Assembly: GCA_045615645.1 (NCBI GenBank)
Contig: JAZLFF010000082.1
Coordinates: forward strand, 45,588 to 109,587
DNA from: Treponema sp.
Lineage (GTDB): Bacteria > Spirochaetota > Spirochaetia > Treponematales > Treponemataceae
DNA: 64,000 nt
Reading direction: 5' to 3'
The notes beneath the pieces were generated by a model. It did not search any database. It saw nothing but the letters and a program-made list of their open reading frames with translations, and was not told where the DNA came from. A program made the position numbers and the translations under genes. Positions 30,577 to 40,413 of the stretch are shown in pieces (the stretch's first letter is position 1; each line of letters begins with the position of its first letter).

Positions 30577-32825
30577 ATAAAACAACTGAAATGTATTATA
30601 AAAAGTTTTATTTTATTAAGTTTGATTGTTAGTTTATCTAGTTGCGAAATGATTTCTGGCATGTTCAACAAAGATGATGGTGATAGTGGAAAAGATGTTG
30701 ACAGAACAAAGGTTGGCAATACTAAACAATTTTTAAGATTCAGACCAGACGGTGCCAGCGCTCTTGGTGTTGTAGACAAAGAAGAAGATCCATATGCTTC
30801 GGCACGAAATGCTTCAGCACGGAATGCTGCAACAAATGAGTTTATTCTTAAAATTACTGAAGCAGGTTCTATGGAAAGCTTTTTGTCACTTCCAGAGGGA
30901 ACTCAAGGTGAGCTTGCAGATATTCCTATGATTGCCCAATCTCCAGACCCAGAAACAAAATGTTTCTTTGTTATCCTTAATGGATATTCCTGGTTAACTA
31001 CTCCAGTAACAAGAACCGATGAAGATGGAAATGACTGGGAAGAAAATGTACCTTTAAAAATCTGACCTCTTTTGTGTGTATTTGATGATGGTAGTTACAG
31101 CGATATTCTCCCAGACCCTGAAATAGATAATGTAATGAGAGAATAGGTTGCTGAAGGTCCAGAAAACACAATGACATTTGATAAACAAGGAAACTTGTAT
31201 TATGTAATTAATGAAAGAGATTCAAAATCAAATGTTACTGTAATTTATAAGTATGACCCAAATACAAATACTTCTACACAGTTAACTTCAAAAATTGGAG
31301 ATATGTGGTATACCAAACTTCAGGTAAGTGCAGATGGTTCATGTTTTTTTGCAAACGCACAACGTAATGGTGGTGCACACTATGTTCGTGCTATTCCAGT
31401 TAATGACCCAGAAAATTCTATTGACCTTTGGTACGATTCTATAGGTAGTTCTTGTCTAAAAGACTGGGTTTACGATGATGATGCAGAATGTTTCTATTAT
31501 TCAAGCAATGGAGCTGTACACAAAATTCCAAAAGTAAATGGAACTTTCTCTAAAGCAAATGATGTTGTTATGTTTAGTGGTACTGGAATATGGTTTATTG
31601 ATGACAAGGATAATGGTTTATTTAATGCATCAACTGAGTCTATAGACACTTTTACTCTAAATGATAGTTGTAAAAATATGCCTGTCGGAAGAAATCTTAA
31701 GGTATATAAAGAAGATGATAGCACAGGAGAACTTGAGGACACAGGAACCATAGCATATCCAAAAGAAGTAACTTATTTGTTTAGAAATATTACTTCAGAA
31801 GAAAAGGAAATTCAGCCACAGGAGATTTATAATTACATTATAAATAATGCTTTTTCTTCTTTAGAAAAGCCTGAAGAAATTGCATATTTTATTGATAAAG
31901 GTACAGAAGGCGCACCTGATTATGTCTTTAAACCTGGTTTGGATGAAAAATATTATTTAAACTTTAAGAAATTTGAAAACGACAAGGTTTTTGGAAAAAT
32001 TGCTGAAATTACAAAAGACAAAAAAGATGTAGAAGCTATAAAGGCCATTTTTGACAATAATCTTGAAAACTTGTTTGGTTCTTTGATATATTCTGAAGGA
32101 AATAATTCTATTTACAAGAATGCTGGTTAATCAAGTGTCGAATGGTATGAAAGAAACTTTTATGCAGATGTTCTTTACAGTATAGGCACAGATAAGTCTA
32201 TTGAAGAAGATTTATTTATCCATTCAGATATAAAAACAGACTGTTTTGCAACTTCTGGTTTTAGTGGACTGGGATATATTAATCTGTATACAAAAAATTC
32301 GGGAATTGTATATACCTGGAAGGATGCTTACAAGAATGGCGATTCTTTAGATGCAAAAAAAGTTCTTGAAAAGCTTTCTTCTTTATGTAGACAGGATGAA
32401 ATTGACTTTAAATTAACAGCATTCAAAGGTTTAAAACATAACTATTATGATTTTAATCCTTTATATACAGAAAAGACAAAGGTGAACGTATCACTTTGGA
32501 AGGTTCACCAAAATTACATATTTTAAGCACTGTAAGTGCAGACAACGGTGTATACTTCCTTAATGGCATTGATGATGGACGAGGTGGCGAATCTGGTAAA
32601 CACAACATTTTGTTCTACGATGTAAAAGAGGATGAACTAAGAAACCTTTTTGAAAACGTTGGTAACGACCTTGAAGTTTTCTCTTTCTCTGGTAGAAAAA
32701 ATGCTTTGTACTTCAGTGCAGCAAAAGGATTTAACAGTATCAATGGAAAAATTGATACTCAAACCGGAAACTATGAAGTGTTAAGTTCAGGTCAAAAGCT
32801 TAGCCAGATTATTGTTGTAGAATAA
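30577..32825 (+). pseudogene. Disrupted large lipoprotein gene
   Basis: AGGAG RBS then ATA in place of ATG; lipobox LSSC; in-frame TGA 31063, TAG 31144, TAA 32128; frame switch near 32480. Confidence 0.8.
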
Positions 32826-32839
32826 CATAATTTAGCTTT

Positions 32840-33592
32840 TTAAAATTCTAAAGTTCCGATTACTGTTGTATCATCATCATCAGAATCGGAACTTTTTTTA
32901 ATTTTTTTACTTTTCTTAAAACGAGGACTTTCGGCATCAATTTCCGCAATACGTTCAGCCTTATTTAATAATCCGCCCTCTGAAGTTCCAGAAGATTTTC
33001 TAGCAGCTTTAGCTTTCGGAGAAGCAAGAAACGCAAACAAACTTCCACAAAGTCCACCAGCAATTCCAATAAAAATTCCAACTACCCCATTAGGATTTTT
33101 CACAAAAATCTCGCGCACAATAAACAAAATAAAAACAAGTACAAAACTGCTAGGTATTTTCTTTTTAGAAAACGACAAAAACGAATTCAAAAAAATCATC
33201 ATAAAGACAATTGGAGTACAACCAACAATACTGTTTTTACAAAAGCAAGCATTCAAAACACCGGAAAACAGCGCCGACACCAGCATCATCAATCCGATAA
33301 TAACAGAACCGTACCTTTCTTCCATAGACGGCCCCAAAAGTAAAATAAAAATCAAATTAGTAATTAATACTTCCCAAGAAACCGCACTAAACGAATACAT
33401 TACTAACCGCACATAAGACAAAACCTTATTCGGCACAAACAGAAAATCTCCACCAGCCGCAGGAGAACTCATAAACAAAGCGGTCCACTTACCTTTAACA
33501 ACGAACGAATCGAGTACAAATAATAAAATGGAAATCATTGAAAAAGTAACTGTAACCGGAGCATCAATATCAATATTAATCTTCTTTTTCAT
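32840..33592 (-). CDS. Rhomboid-fold membrane protein lacking catalytic Ser/His
   Basis: NLIFILLLGPSMEERYG rhomboid pattern; GCTP in place of GASG; TM6 has no His; TGATG overlap with upstream gene. Confidence 0.75.
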   Translation of the reverse strand: MKKKINIDIDAPVTVTFSMISILLFVLDSFVVKGKWTALFMSSPAAGGDFLFVPNKVLSYVRLVMYSFSAVSWEVLITNLIFILLLGPSMEERYGSVIIGLMMLVSALFSGVLNACFCKNSIVGCTPIVFMMIFLNSFLSFSKKKIPSSFVLVFILFIVREIFVKNPNGVVGIFIGIAGGLCGSLFAFLASPKAKAARKSSGTSEGGLLNKAERIAEIDAESPRFKKSKKIKKSSDSDDDDTTVIGTLEF

Positions 33593-34113
33593 CACACACC
33601 AATCTCTATTTCATTACAAAGAGCTTCATACAAAATAGCTTTATCTTTGTTTGCATCACGTACAGTTTTTGTAAGACGTTTTGCAAGAACGAGTAAAGCT
33701 CTGTATCCCAAAACTGGTTCTTTCTCGCACAATTCCAGAAAAGTTTTTCCCGAAAGAGCAAGCGCAGAACATTCCGTTTTTGCAGTAACAGTTGCAGAAC
33801 GAGTATCATTACTAATAATTGCCATTTCACCAAAGAAAACGTTCATTTCGGAATTAAGCGTTGCAAGAGCAATTACATCACCCGCCGGCGTCTGTCGTGT
33901 AATTAAAACCTCACCAGAATACAAAATGTAAAAAACATCTCCAGTTTCGCCTTCTTTAATAATTGCTTCTCCAGCCTTAAATTTTTCAACAGAAAGACAA
34001 TTATACACTGTTTTCAAAATGCGCTTATCTTCTTCTCCTTCAGGATTAAAAGCTTCAAAAATCGGAATCTTAACTAATTTTGGTAAAACCTGTTCAAATG
34101 TATCCATTATCAT
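33592..34113 (-). CDS. Stand-alone cyclic-nucleotide-binding domain protein
   Basis: IIKEGETGDVFYILYSGEV and FFGEMAI...RSATVTA phosphate-binding cassette; no HTH; start may be 34107. Confidence 0.9.
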   Translation of the reverse strand: MIMDTFEQVLPKLVKIPIFEAFNPEGEEDKRILKTVYNCLSVEKFKAGEAIIKEGETGDVFYILYSGEVLITRQTPAGDVIALATLNSEMNVFFGEMAIISNDTRSATVTAKTECSALALSGKTFLELCEKEPVLGYRALLVLAKRLTKTVRDANKDKAILYEALCNEIEIGV

Positions 34114-34121
34114 CCTCCGGA

Positions 34122-35324
34122 TTATGCCTTTATCTGCTTACCACGAACATAAATTGCTTTAGAGTTCTTAGGAACAATAAAATCGTTTGGCGGCGTAAAC
34201 ATTGGTTCGTTACTAATCATCGTTTTTACCTTTTGAAGTCCGCCAATAATATCGTTCATATTCGGATTTTTCTGTGCCTCGCGGATAGCTTCCTTCCTAC
34301 GCAAGTGAAAATTTCCTGAATTAAGTAAAAGGCCTACAAGAATACCGTTCTGTTTTCGGATATTCCAGAAATGATCTTTCAATTCCTTATAACTTTTACC
34401 AATAAATTCATCAGGGATTTCACCAATCAAAATGCCAGAATCAGCTTCATCACTGATTAACGACCTAATAACGTTACTATAGCCCATTCCGCTGGAAGCT
34501 GTTGCTAAAAGACTTCGTTCGTATTCCTGCGTCAAAATTATTTCATCGCAGTGTGCCATTTTTAAATGCTTTTCAAACTTTTCGCTGATTAATTCCGCAG
34601 CAACGTAAATACCACGATTCATGCTTTCCATTGTAAGAACGGCAAGGACAGTTCGTGAATCAATTTCGAGATTTGAATATTTCTTAGACTTATCAGAAAT
34701 AATTAAAGCACGTGAAGCTGTTTTTATAAACGCACGGTTTAATGTAGTTTCGTCAGTAAAATCACCGGCAACAAAGTTTAAATCCTTATACTTTTTCTGA
34801 GCTCTTAACTGTTCCATTTGCTCAGGTGCTTCATTAATTAAAACAATCATATCTGTAGATATATCCGGATTAGATATAAGTACATTTTCCAAAATATTTT
34901 CAAAGCCCGGTCTCCAACCGCAAAGTAAAAAATGTCCCTGCATAGTATTCAACTTCTTTAACCCCTTATCATTTTTCATTTGAACATCAACAAACCAAGA
35001 TGCAATTTTCGCTGTAATACAACTAAAAAGCACCAACCCCGTCATAAGCATTGTCCATCCAGCAATTCGTCCAGGAAGAGATTCGCAGACAAACTCAAAA
35101 TAGTTTGCAAAAACGGCAACGCACATAAACCAGAACGTATCGAACTTAGTAACAATTCCACTTCCAGTTTTTGTTTCTGCGTTATAAACAACAATACACG
35201 CAATAAAAATCAGGACAACAATTCCAAGGCACAAAAGTACAAGCGGATCGCTTAAAGTAAGCCGAAGCCGTTTGAAAATCGAAACCTTCTTTCTGTCCTT
35301 TTTATCATTTTTTTTCGTTTCCAT
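34122..35324 (-). CDS. 2TM channel-like protein with RCK/TrkA domain, non-canonical filter (subunit B)
   Basis: TM1-pore helix-TM2 (DTFW...PGR), HFLLCGW, GDFTDETTL RCK; FANYFE at the filter position. Confidence 0.85.
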   Translation of the reverse strand: METKKNDKKDRKKVSIFKRLRLTLSDPLVLLCLGIVVLIFIACIVVYNAETKTGSGIVTKFDTFWFMCVAVFANYFEFVCESLPGRIAGWTMLMTGLVLFSCITAKIASWFVDVQMKNDKGLKKLNTMQGHFLLCGWRPGFENILENVLISNPDISTDMIVLINEAPEQMEQLRAQKKYKDLNFVAGDFTDETTLNRAFIKTASRALIISDKSKKYSNLEIDSRTVLAVLTMESMNRGIYVAAELISEKFEKHLKMAHCDEIILTQEYERSLLATASSGMGYSNVIRSLISDEADSGILIGEIPDEFIGKSYKELKDHFWNIRKQNGILVGLLLNSGNFHLRRKEAIREAQKNPNMNDIIGGLQKVKTMISNEPMFTPPNDFIVPKNSKAIYVRGKQIKA

Positions 35325-35346
35325 GATAAACCAGCTCTAAACCTCA

Positions 35347-36438
35347 TTAGTGATTTGCACAAATCAAAATAGATTTAGCATTTTTTGGAATTATAAAATC
35401 ATCAGACGGAGTTAATAATGTCTCATGATTTTCATCCAGCAGTAAACCGACCAAAACTTCATCTTTTTCTGTAAAGAAACGGTCTAATAAAGTTTTGTAA
35501 GATTTTCCAATATAAGCCATAGGAATTTCATCAATAATAATACCAGATTCTGCATCATCAGAAATAAGTGACTTAATTACGTTGCTATAGCCTTTTCCAC
35601 TTGAAGCAGTTGCTAAAAGACTGTGTTCATATTCCTGGGTAAGCAAAACTTCATCACAATGTGCAAGTTGCAAATGTTCTTCAAACTTTTTATCTATAAT
35701 TTCTGCCGCAACATATACATCCGGATTTATATTCTTCATTGTAAGGACAGCCAGAACAGTCTGCGAATCAGTTTCCATTTCTGAACGAGTTTTTGACGCA
35801 TCCGAAATAACGAGAACACGTTTTGCTTTTTCTATGAATGCTCGCTTTAATGTTTCTGCATCAGCAAAATCACCGGCTACATAATTTATATCCTTAAACT
35901 GAAGCTCAGAACGAAGCTGTTCCATTTGCTCGGCAGGAGCTTCATTTACCATTACAATTTGATCTGTAGAAATATCAGGATTAGACTGCATAACAGCTTC
36001 CAGAATCTTATCAAAACCTGTTCTCCATCCGCAAATAATAAAATGATCTTTCATACCTCTTAGTTTTTTTAACCCCTTATTTCCTTTCATTAACATATTC
36101 ATGAATCCAGAAGTGACTCTACCAGTTACAAAACTGAATATAATCATTCCAAAAAGCAGTAACACAAGTGATGCAAATCGTCCTGGAATGGATTTTACGT
36201 AATAGTCAAAATATGCAGCGGAAACTGCAACAATTGTATGCCAGACTGTATCAAACCATCCGACAATTCCACTATCAGTTCTACCACCAGATTCTGTTTC
36301 GTGAACTACATAAGTTGCCACCGTAATTGCAATAACAACGACTATTCCAACGTATGTAAATGGATTTGAAAAAAGCCTTTTTAGCTTTCGATGATATCTA
36401 CTTACTTTCTCATTTTCCGATTTTACTTTCTTAGTCAT
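35347..36438 (-). CDS. 2TM channel-like protein with RCK/TrkA domain, non-canonical filter (subunit A)
   Basis: DTVW...PGR pore region, HFIICGW, GDFADAETL RCK; SAAYFD at the filter position; paralogue of the neighbouring gene. Confidence 0.85.
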   Translation of the reverse strand: MTKKVKSENEKVSRYHRKLKRLFSNPFTYVGIVVVIAITVATYVVHETESGGRTDSGIVGWFDTVWHTIVAVSAAYFDYYVKSIPGRFASLVLLLFGMIIFSFVTGRVTSGFMNMLMKGNKGLKKLRGMKDHFIICGWRTGFDKILEAVMQSNPDISTDQIVMVNEAPAEQMEQLRSELQFKDINYVAGDFADAETLKRAFIEKAKRVLVISDASKTRSEMETDSQTVLAVLTMKNINPDVYVAAEIIDKKFEEHLQLAHCDEVLLTQEYEHSLLATASSGKGYSNVIKSLISDDAESGIIIDEIPMAYIGKSYKTLLDRFFTEKDEVLVGLLLDENHETLLTPSDDFIIPKNAKSILICANH

Positions 36439-36499
36439 ATATAAAATTATATCATAAAGTTAGTAGAGTTTATAGAGAAAATATACGCAACATGAAATA

Positions 36500-36583
36500 G
36501 AGGTCCGTCCCCTTTTTCACATTTTTATGAAATTGGGGACGGTTCTCTGTTTCACAAAAATATGAAATTGGGGACGGACCTCT
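36500..36583. repeat. REP/BIME-like array, family A cluster 3
   Basis: gaggtccgtcccc...ggggacggttct...ggggacggacctc. Confidence 0.9.
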
Positions 36584-36637
36584 GAATAACAAAATAGTTA
36601 AATTCTTGCTATACAAAGAATTAACATTTCAGACTAT

Positions 36638-36722
36638 TAGAGGTCCGTCCCTCTTTTCACATTTTCATGAAAAACAGGTCCGTCCCCTTTTTCACATTTT
36701 CATGAAAAAGGGGACGGACCTC
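36638..36722. repeat. REP/BIME-like array, family A cluster 4
   Basis: gaggtccgtccc...aggtccgtcccc...ggggacggacctc. Confidence 0.9.
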
Positions 36723-36811
36723 CATTTCACTTTCACTATCTCAAAATATGTAAGCATGGGTAAAACAACATTCCACTTTAATCTTTTTATAATAACCTTT
36801 ATAATATAAGT

Positions 36812-37123
36812 ATGAGCGATGTAAATAATCAGTCAGAAAATAACGCAAATCCTTTTGTTGCAGATGCAGGATTTGAACTGCCACCTACAAAAAATGTAGT
36901 GTTTTACAACGATGACTTTACAACTATGGATTTTGTTATTGATGTCCTTGTTTCTATTTTTAATAAATCTCACGAAGAAGCAGAAAAACTTATGAGACAG
37001 GTTCATGAATCAGGTTCTTCTGTAGTTGGTACATACACATACGACATTGCAGTTTCTCGCACAAACCTTACAATTCAAGTTGCTCGAAAAAAAGGTTTTC
37101 CATTGAGGGTAGAAGTTGAGTAA
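36812..37123 (+). CDS. clpS: Clp protease adaptor
   Basis: VVFYNDDFTTMDFV, VHESG, GFPLR. Confidence 0.93.
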   Translation: MSDVNNQSENNANPFVADAGFELPPTKNVVFYNDDFTTMDFVIDVLVSIFNKSHEEAEKLMRQVHESGSSVVGTYTYDIAVSRTNLTIQVARKKGFPLRVEVE

Positions 37124-39455
37124 TCCAGAAAAGCCAAAGCAGATTGTCAAACAAATGAAAATCAGTCCAGAACTCACAAAAATACTGTCAGAATCCCTGC
37201 TCAGTGCAAAACAATCGCACCATCAGTTTTTTACACCAGAACATGTTTTAGCTTCGGCACTTAAAGAAGATTTCGTAACCGATTTGTTAACAAAAAGTGG
37301 TGCTAATTCAAAACATTTGCGCGACGACCTTTACTCTTACCTTACTTCACAAATGCCAGTCATTTCGGAACAGGCAAATCCGGAATTTTATACAGGCCCT
37401 TCAGAGTCTGCAGGCTTCCAGGCAATGATGAACCGTGCCGTTTTCCACTGCGTTTCTGCCGAATCAGACACAATAGACATTACCGACATTCTAATCAGCA
37501 TGGTTGAAGAAAGCAGAAACTACTGTTCATATTTTTTAAAAACTAACGGCGTAGACAAACTAAAACTAATGGAAAATATTTCTCTCACCCGCCCTTCCCG
37601 CAAAAAAAACTCCAACGCTCAGCAATCCCCTGCAAACGGAATAGACACCATGATGGGTTCAAACAATGCCGGCGGACTTAAACGCTTTACCGTAAACATG
37701 ACCGAACAGGCAAAAAAGAATATGTTCGATACACTTGTTGGCCGAGAAGAAGAAATTGAGCGAACAATTCAAGTTTTGTGCCGCCGTTCAAAAAATAATC
37801 CGCTGCATGTTGGCGATGCAGGAGTTGGAAAAACTGCCATTACACAAGGACTTGCACAGCGAATTGTTGCAGGGCAAGTTCCAGACATTCTAAAAGATTA
37901 TACAATTTATTCTCTGGATATTGGACTTTTGCTTGCAGGTTCCAAATTCCGTGGCGATTTTGAGGAAAGACTTCATTCAGTAATCAATGAACTTAAAGAA
38001 AAAAAACGCGCCATTTTGTTTATTGATGAAATTCATATGATTATGGGCGCTGGTACAAACGGAAATTCTCAAATTGATGCAGCAAATCTTTTAAAACCAG
38101 TTCTTGCAAGTGGTGAAGTTCGCTTTATAGGTTCAACCACTTTCGAAGAATATTCTAAAAACTTTGAAAAAGACCGCGCACTTGCAAGACGTTTCCAAAA
38201 AATTGATATTCTCGAACCAACCGTTAGCGAATCCGTAAAAATACTTAAAGGTATTCTGCCAAAATACGAACAGTATCACAATGTACGCTACACTTCCACA
38301 GCAGTAGAAGAGGCCGTTCGACTTTCTGCACAATATCTTCCGGATCGTCGCCTTCCAGACAAAGCAATTGATATAATTGATGAAGCAGGCGCTTACATGC
38401 ACATAGCAAGAACCGGCGGATTTTTAGGAACAGTTGGAGTTGGAGGAAAAAAATCAACTCCATTAGTAACTCCATCCGTTATTAAAACCGTAACAGCAAA
38501 AATTGCAAAACTTCCAATAGACACAGTTGCAGGTTCCGAAAAAACTGCCTTGCGCGAAATTGAAGAAAACCTGCGCTTAGACATTTTTGGTCAGGAAAAA
38601 GCAATTATTACACTTGGAAAAGCAGTAAAACGCGCACGAGCAGGATTTCGAAATCCAGATCGTCCAGAAGCCTGCTATTTATTTGTAGGTCCTACAGGTT
38701 GTGGAAAAACTGAACTTGCAAAAACTCTCGCAAAACTTCTAAAAGAACCGTTACTCCGTTACGATATGAGCGAATATCAGGAAAAACATACAGTTAGCCG
38801 TCTTGTAGGTTCACCTCCAGGTTACGTTGGTTTTGAAGAAGGCGGACAACTTACCAAAGATATTCGAAAAACACCGAATGCCGTAATTTTGTTCGACGAA
38901 ATTGAAAAAGCACACGAAGACATTTACAACGTTTTACTGCAAGTTATGGATTATGGTCAGTTAACTGATAATCAAGGACGAAAAGCGGATTTCCGAAACT
39001 GCATAATCATTATGACAAGTAACGCAGGCGCACGCGATTTGGAAAAACCTGGCATTGGTTTTGGCTCTGAATACGAAGATGATCTTGACGCAGCTCTTTC
39101 TGAAGCCGTAAACCGTGAATTCCCTCCAGAATTCCGCAATCGTTTGGACGCCGTTGTTCCATTTAATTACCTAGATTCTCAAGTTGCAAAAAAAGTTTGC
39201 CGTAAAGAAGTTGCTCGCTTGTCAGAACGTATGAAAGCTAAAAAAGTTGAACTTACTGTTACTGAAAAATGTATCGATTTGCTTACAACTTTAGGGTATT
39301 CAAAAGAATTTGGAGCTCGAAACATTGCGCGTACAGTCGAAGACAAAATTGCCAATCAACTTGTAGATGAAGTTTTATTTGGCAAACTGGAAAAAGGCGG
39401 AAAAGTTACAGCTAATGCTTCAAAAGAGAAGATAACTTTTACATATGGAAAGTAA
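37116..39455 (+). CDS. clpA: ATP-dependent Clp protease ATP-binding subunit
   Basis: Two AAA modules (GDAGVGKT, GPTGCGKT), RRLPDKAID, follows clpS; start could be ATG 37155. Confidence 0.92.
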   Translation: MSNPEKPKQIVKQMKISPELTKILSESLLSAKQSHHQFFTPEHVLASALKEDFVTDLLTKSGANSKHLRDDLYSYLTSQMPVISEQANPEFYTGPSESAGFQAMMNRAVFHCVSAESDTIDITDILISMVEESRNYCSYFLKTNGVDKLKLMENISLTRPSRKKNSNAQQSPANGIDTMMGSNNAGGLKRFTVNMTEQAKKNMFDTLVGREEEIERTIQVLCRRSKNNPLHVGDAGVGKTAITQGLAQRIVAGQVPDILKDYTIYSLDIGLLLAGSKFRGDFEERLHSVINELKEKKRAILFIDEIHMIMGAGTNGNSQIDAANLLKPVLASGEVRFIGSTTFEEYSKNFEKDRALARRFQKIDILEPTVSESVKILKGILPKYEQYHNVRYTSTAVEEAVRLSAQYLPDRRLPDKAIDIIDEAGAYMHIARTGGFLGTVGVGGKKSTPLVTPSVIKTVTAKIAKLPIDTVAGSEKTALREIEENLRLDIFGQEKAIITLGKAVKRARAGFRNPDRPEACYLFVGPTGCGKTELAKTLAKLLKEPLLRYDMSEYQEKHTVSRLVGSPPGYVGFEEGGQLTKDIRKTPNAVILFDEIEKAHEDIYNVLLQVMDYGQLTDNQGRKADFRNCIIIMTSNAGARDLEKPGIGFGSEYEDDLDAALSEAVNREFPPEFRNRLDAVVPFNYLDSQVAKKVCRKEVARLSERMKAKKVELTVTEKCIDLLTTLGYSKEFGARNIARTVEDKIANQLVDEVLFGKLEKGGKVTANASKEKITFTYGK

Positions 39456-40413
39456 AAATCAGAAAAAATTATTCATAACCTTTGTTATTATTTTCGCTTT
39501 ACTAACTTTTGCCACAATTTCTATTTCAATTTATCACTTTATGACAACTTCCAAGCAATTGTTGTCCCGTTCACGTACAGCCGACCACGACACCCGCAAC
39601 TATCACATAATTGTTACCGGCCGCTACGAAAATCAACTTTTCATGCAACGCGTTTTTGAAGGAGCAAACCGTTACAGCGATTATTATAACTCCGTTGTTG
39701 AACTTTACGTTCCAGGTTCACAGGCGGAAGATGTACCTGTTCAGGAATTACTAGATTATGTAAGTTATGTAAACGCAGACGGAGTAATTTTGTTTAATGA
39801 ATCTTCCGACAGTCAACTGATTATTCCCCGCCGAACTGACGACACCATTATTCCGCTTGTAACAACTGGTCAATATAATGCAAACCTGCCGCAAATTTCT
39901 TACATTGGAACAAGCTACTGGGAACTTGGTAAAAAAATAAGTGATGAAGTTGCATTTTATCTTCACGGCAACGGAAATGCAGTAATTATCAGCAATGACA
40001 TTTCATCAACCTCCAACTATTCTAACCTTTTAAACAGTCTTCAGGACGGATTAAAACTGCACAAATCAATTCACTATTCAATTCTTAAAAACAATCTTGA
40101 TGAACGAACAATTGAAAATACGAATATATTCATTTGCCTTTCAGAGGAAGATACAATTAAGGTTGCGCAAACTTTGCAGGAATTAATCCCCCAGAATAAA
40201 ATTGGACTATTGGGTTTTGGTACAAACGAAACCTGCCAACTTTACCTGGACAAAGGAATTGTAAGCGAACTGATTGAAGTTGATCCTGAAAAAATTGGAG
40301 AAACTGCAATTAAGGAACTTTTTGAATATAGAAACAAAGGTTATGCAAACAGTTACATTGCAGCCGATGTTCAGATTTTAGGAGGTGACCATGAGCCTAA
40401 TCACCTTCATTAA
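39445..40413 (+). CDS. Membrane-anchored periplasmic sugar-binding sensor protein (XylFII-like)
   Basis: N-terminal TM, type I periplasmic binding fold pattern (ADGVIL, SYIGT), immediately upstream of a LytS-type kinase. Confidence 0.7.
   Translation: MESKNQKKLFITFVIIFALLTFATISISIYHFMTTSKQLLSRSRTADHDTRNYHIIVTGRYENQLFMQRVFEGANRYSDYYNSVVELYVPGSQAEDVPVQELLDYVSYVNADGVILFNESSDSQLIIPRRTDDTIIPLVTTGQYNANLPQISYIGTSYWELGKKISDEVAFYLHGNGNAVIISNDISSTSNYSNLLNSLQDGLKLHKSIHYSILKNNLDERTIENTNIFICLSEEDTIKVAQTLQELIPQNKIGLLGFGTNETCQLYLDKGIVSELIEVDPEKIGETAIKELFEYRNKGYANSYIAADVQILGGDHEPNHLH

Noticed and set aside
30577-32825. Stop-codon recoding (selenocysteine, pyrrolysine or alternative genetic code)
   Set aside because: All three stop types occur, together with a lost start and a frame switch; other genes terminate normally at TAA, TAG and TGA
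15605-36722. Family A arrays as CRISPR
   Set aside because: Units invert within clusters, intervening sequences are near-identical rather than unique spacers, and no cas genes are present
36606-36809. Small ORF upstream of clpS
   Set aside because: It is largely a translation of family A repeats (RPLFHIFMK)
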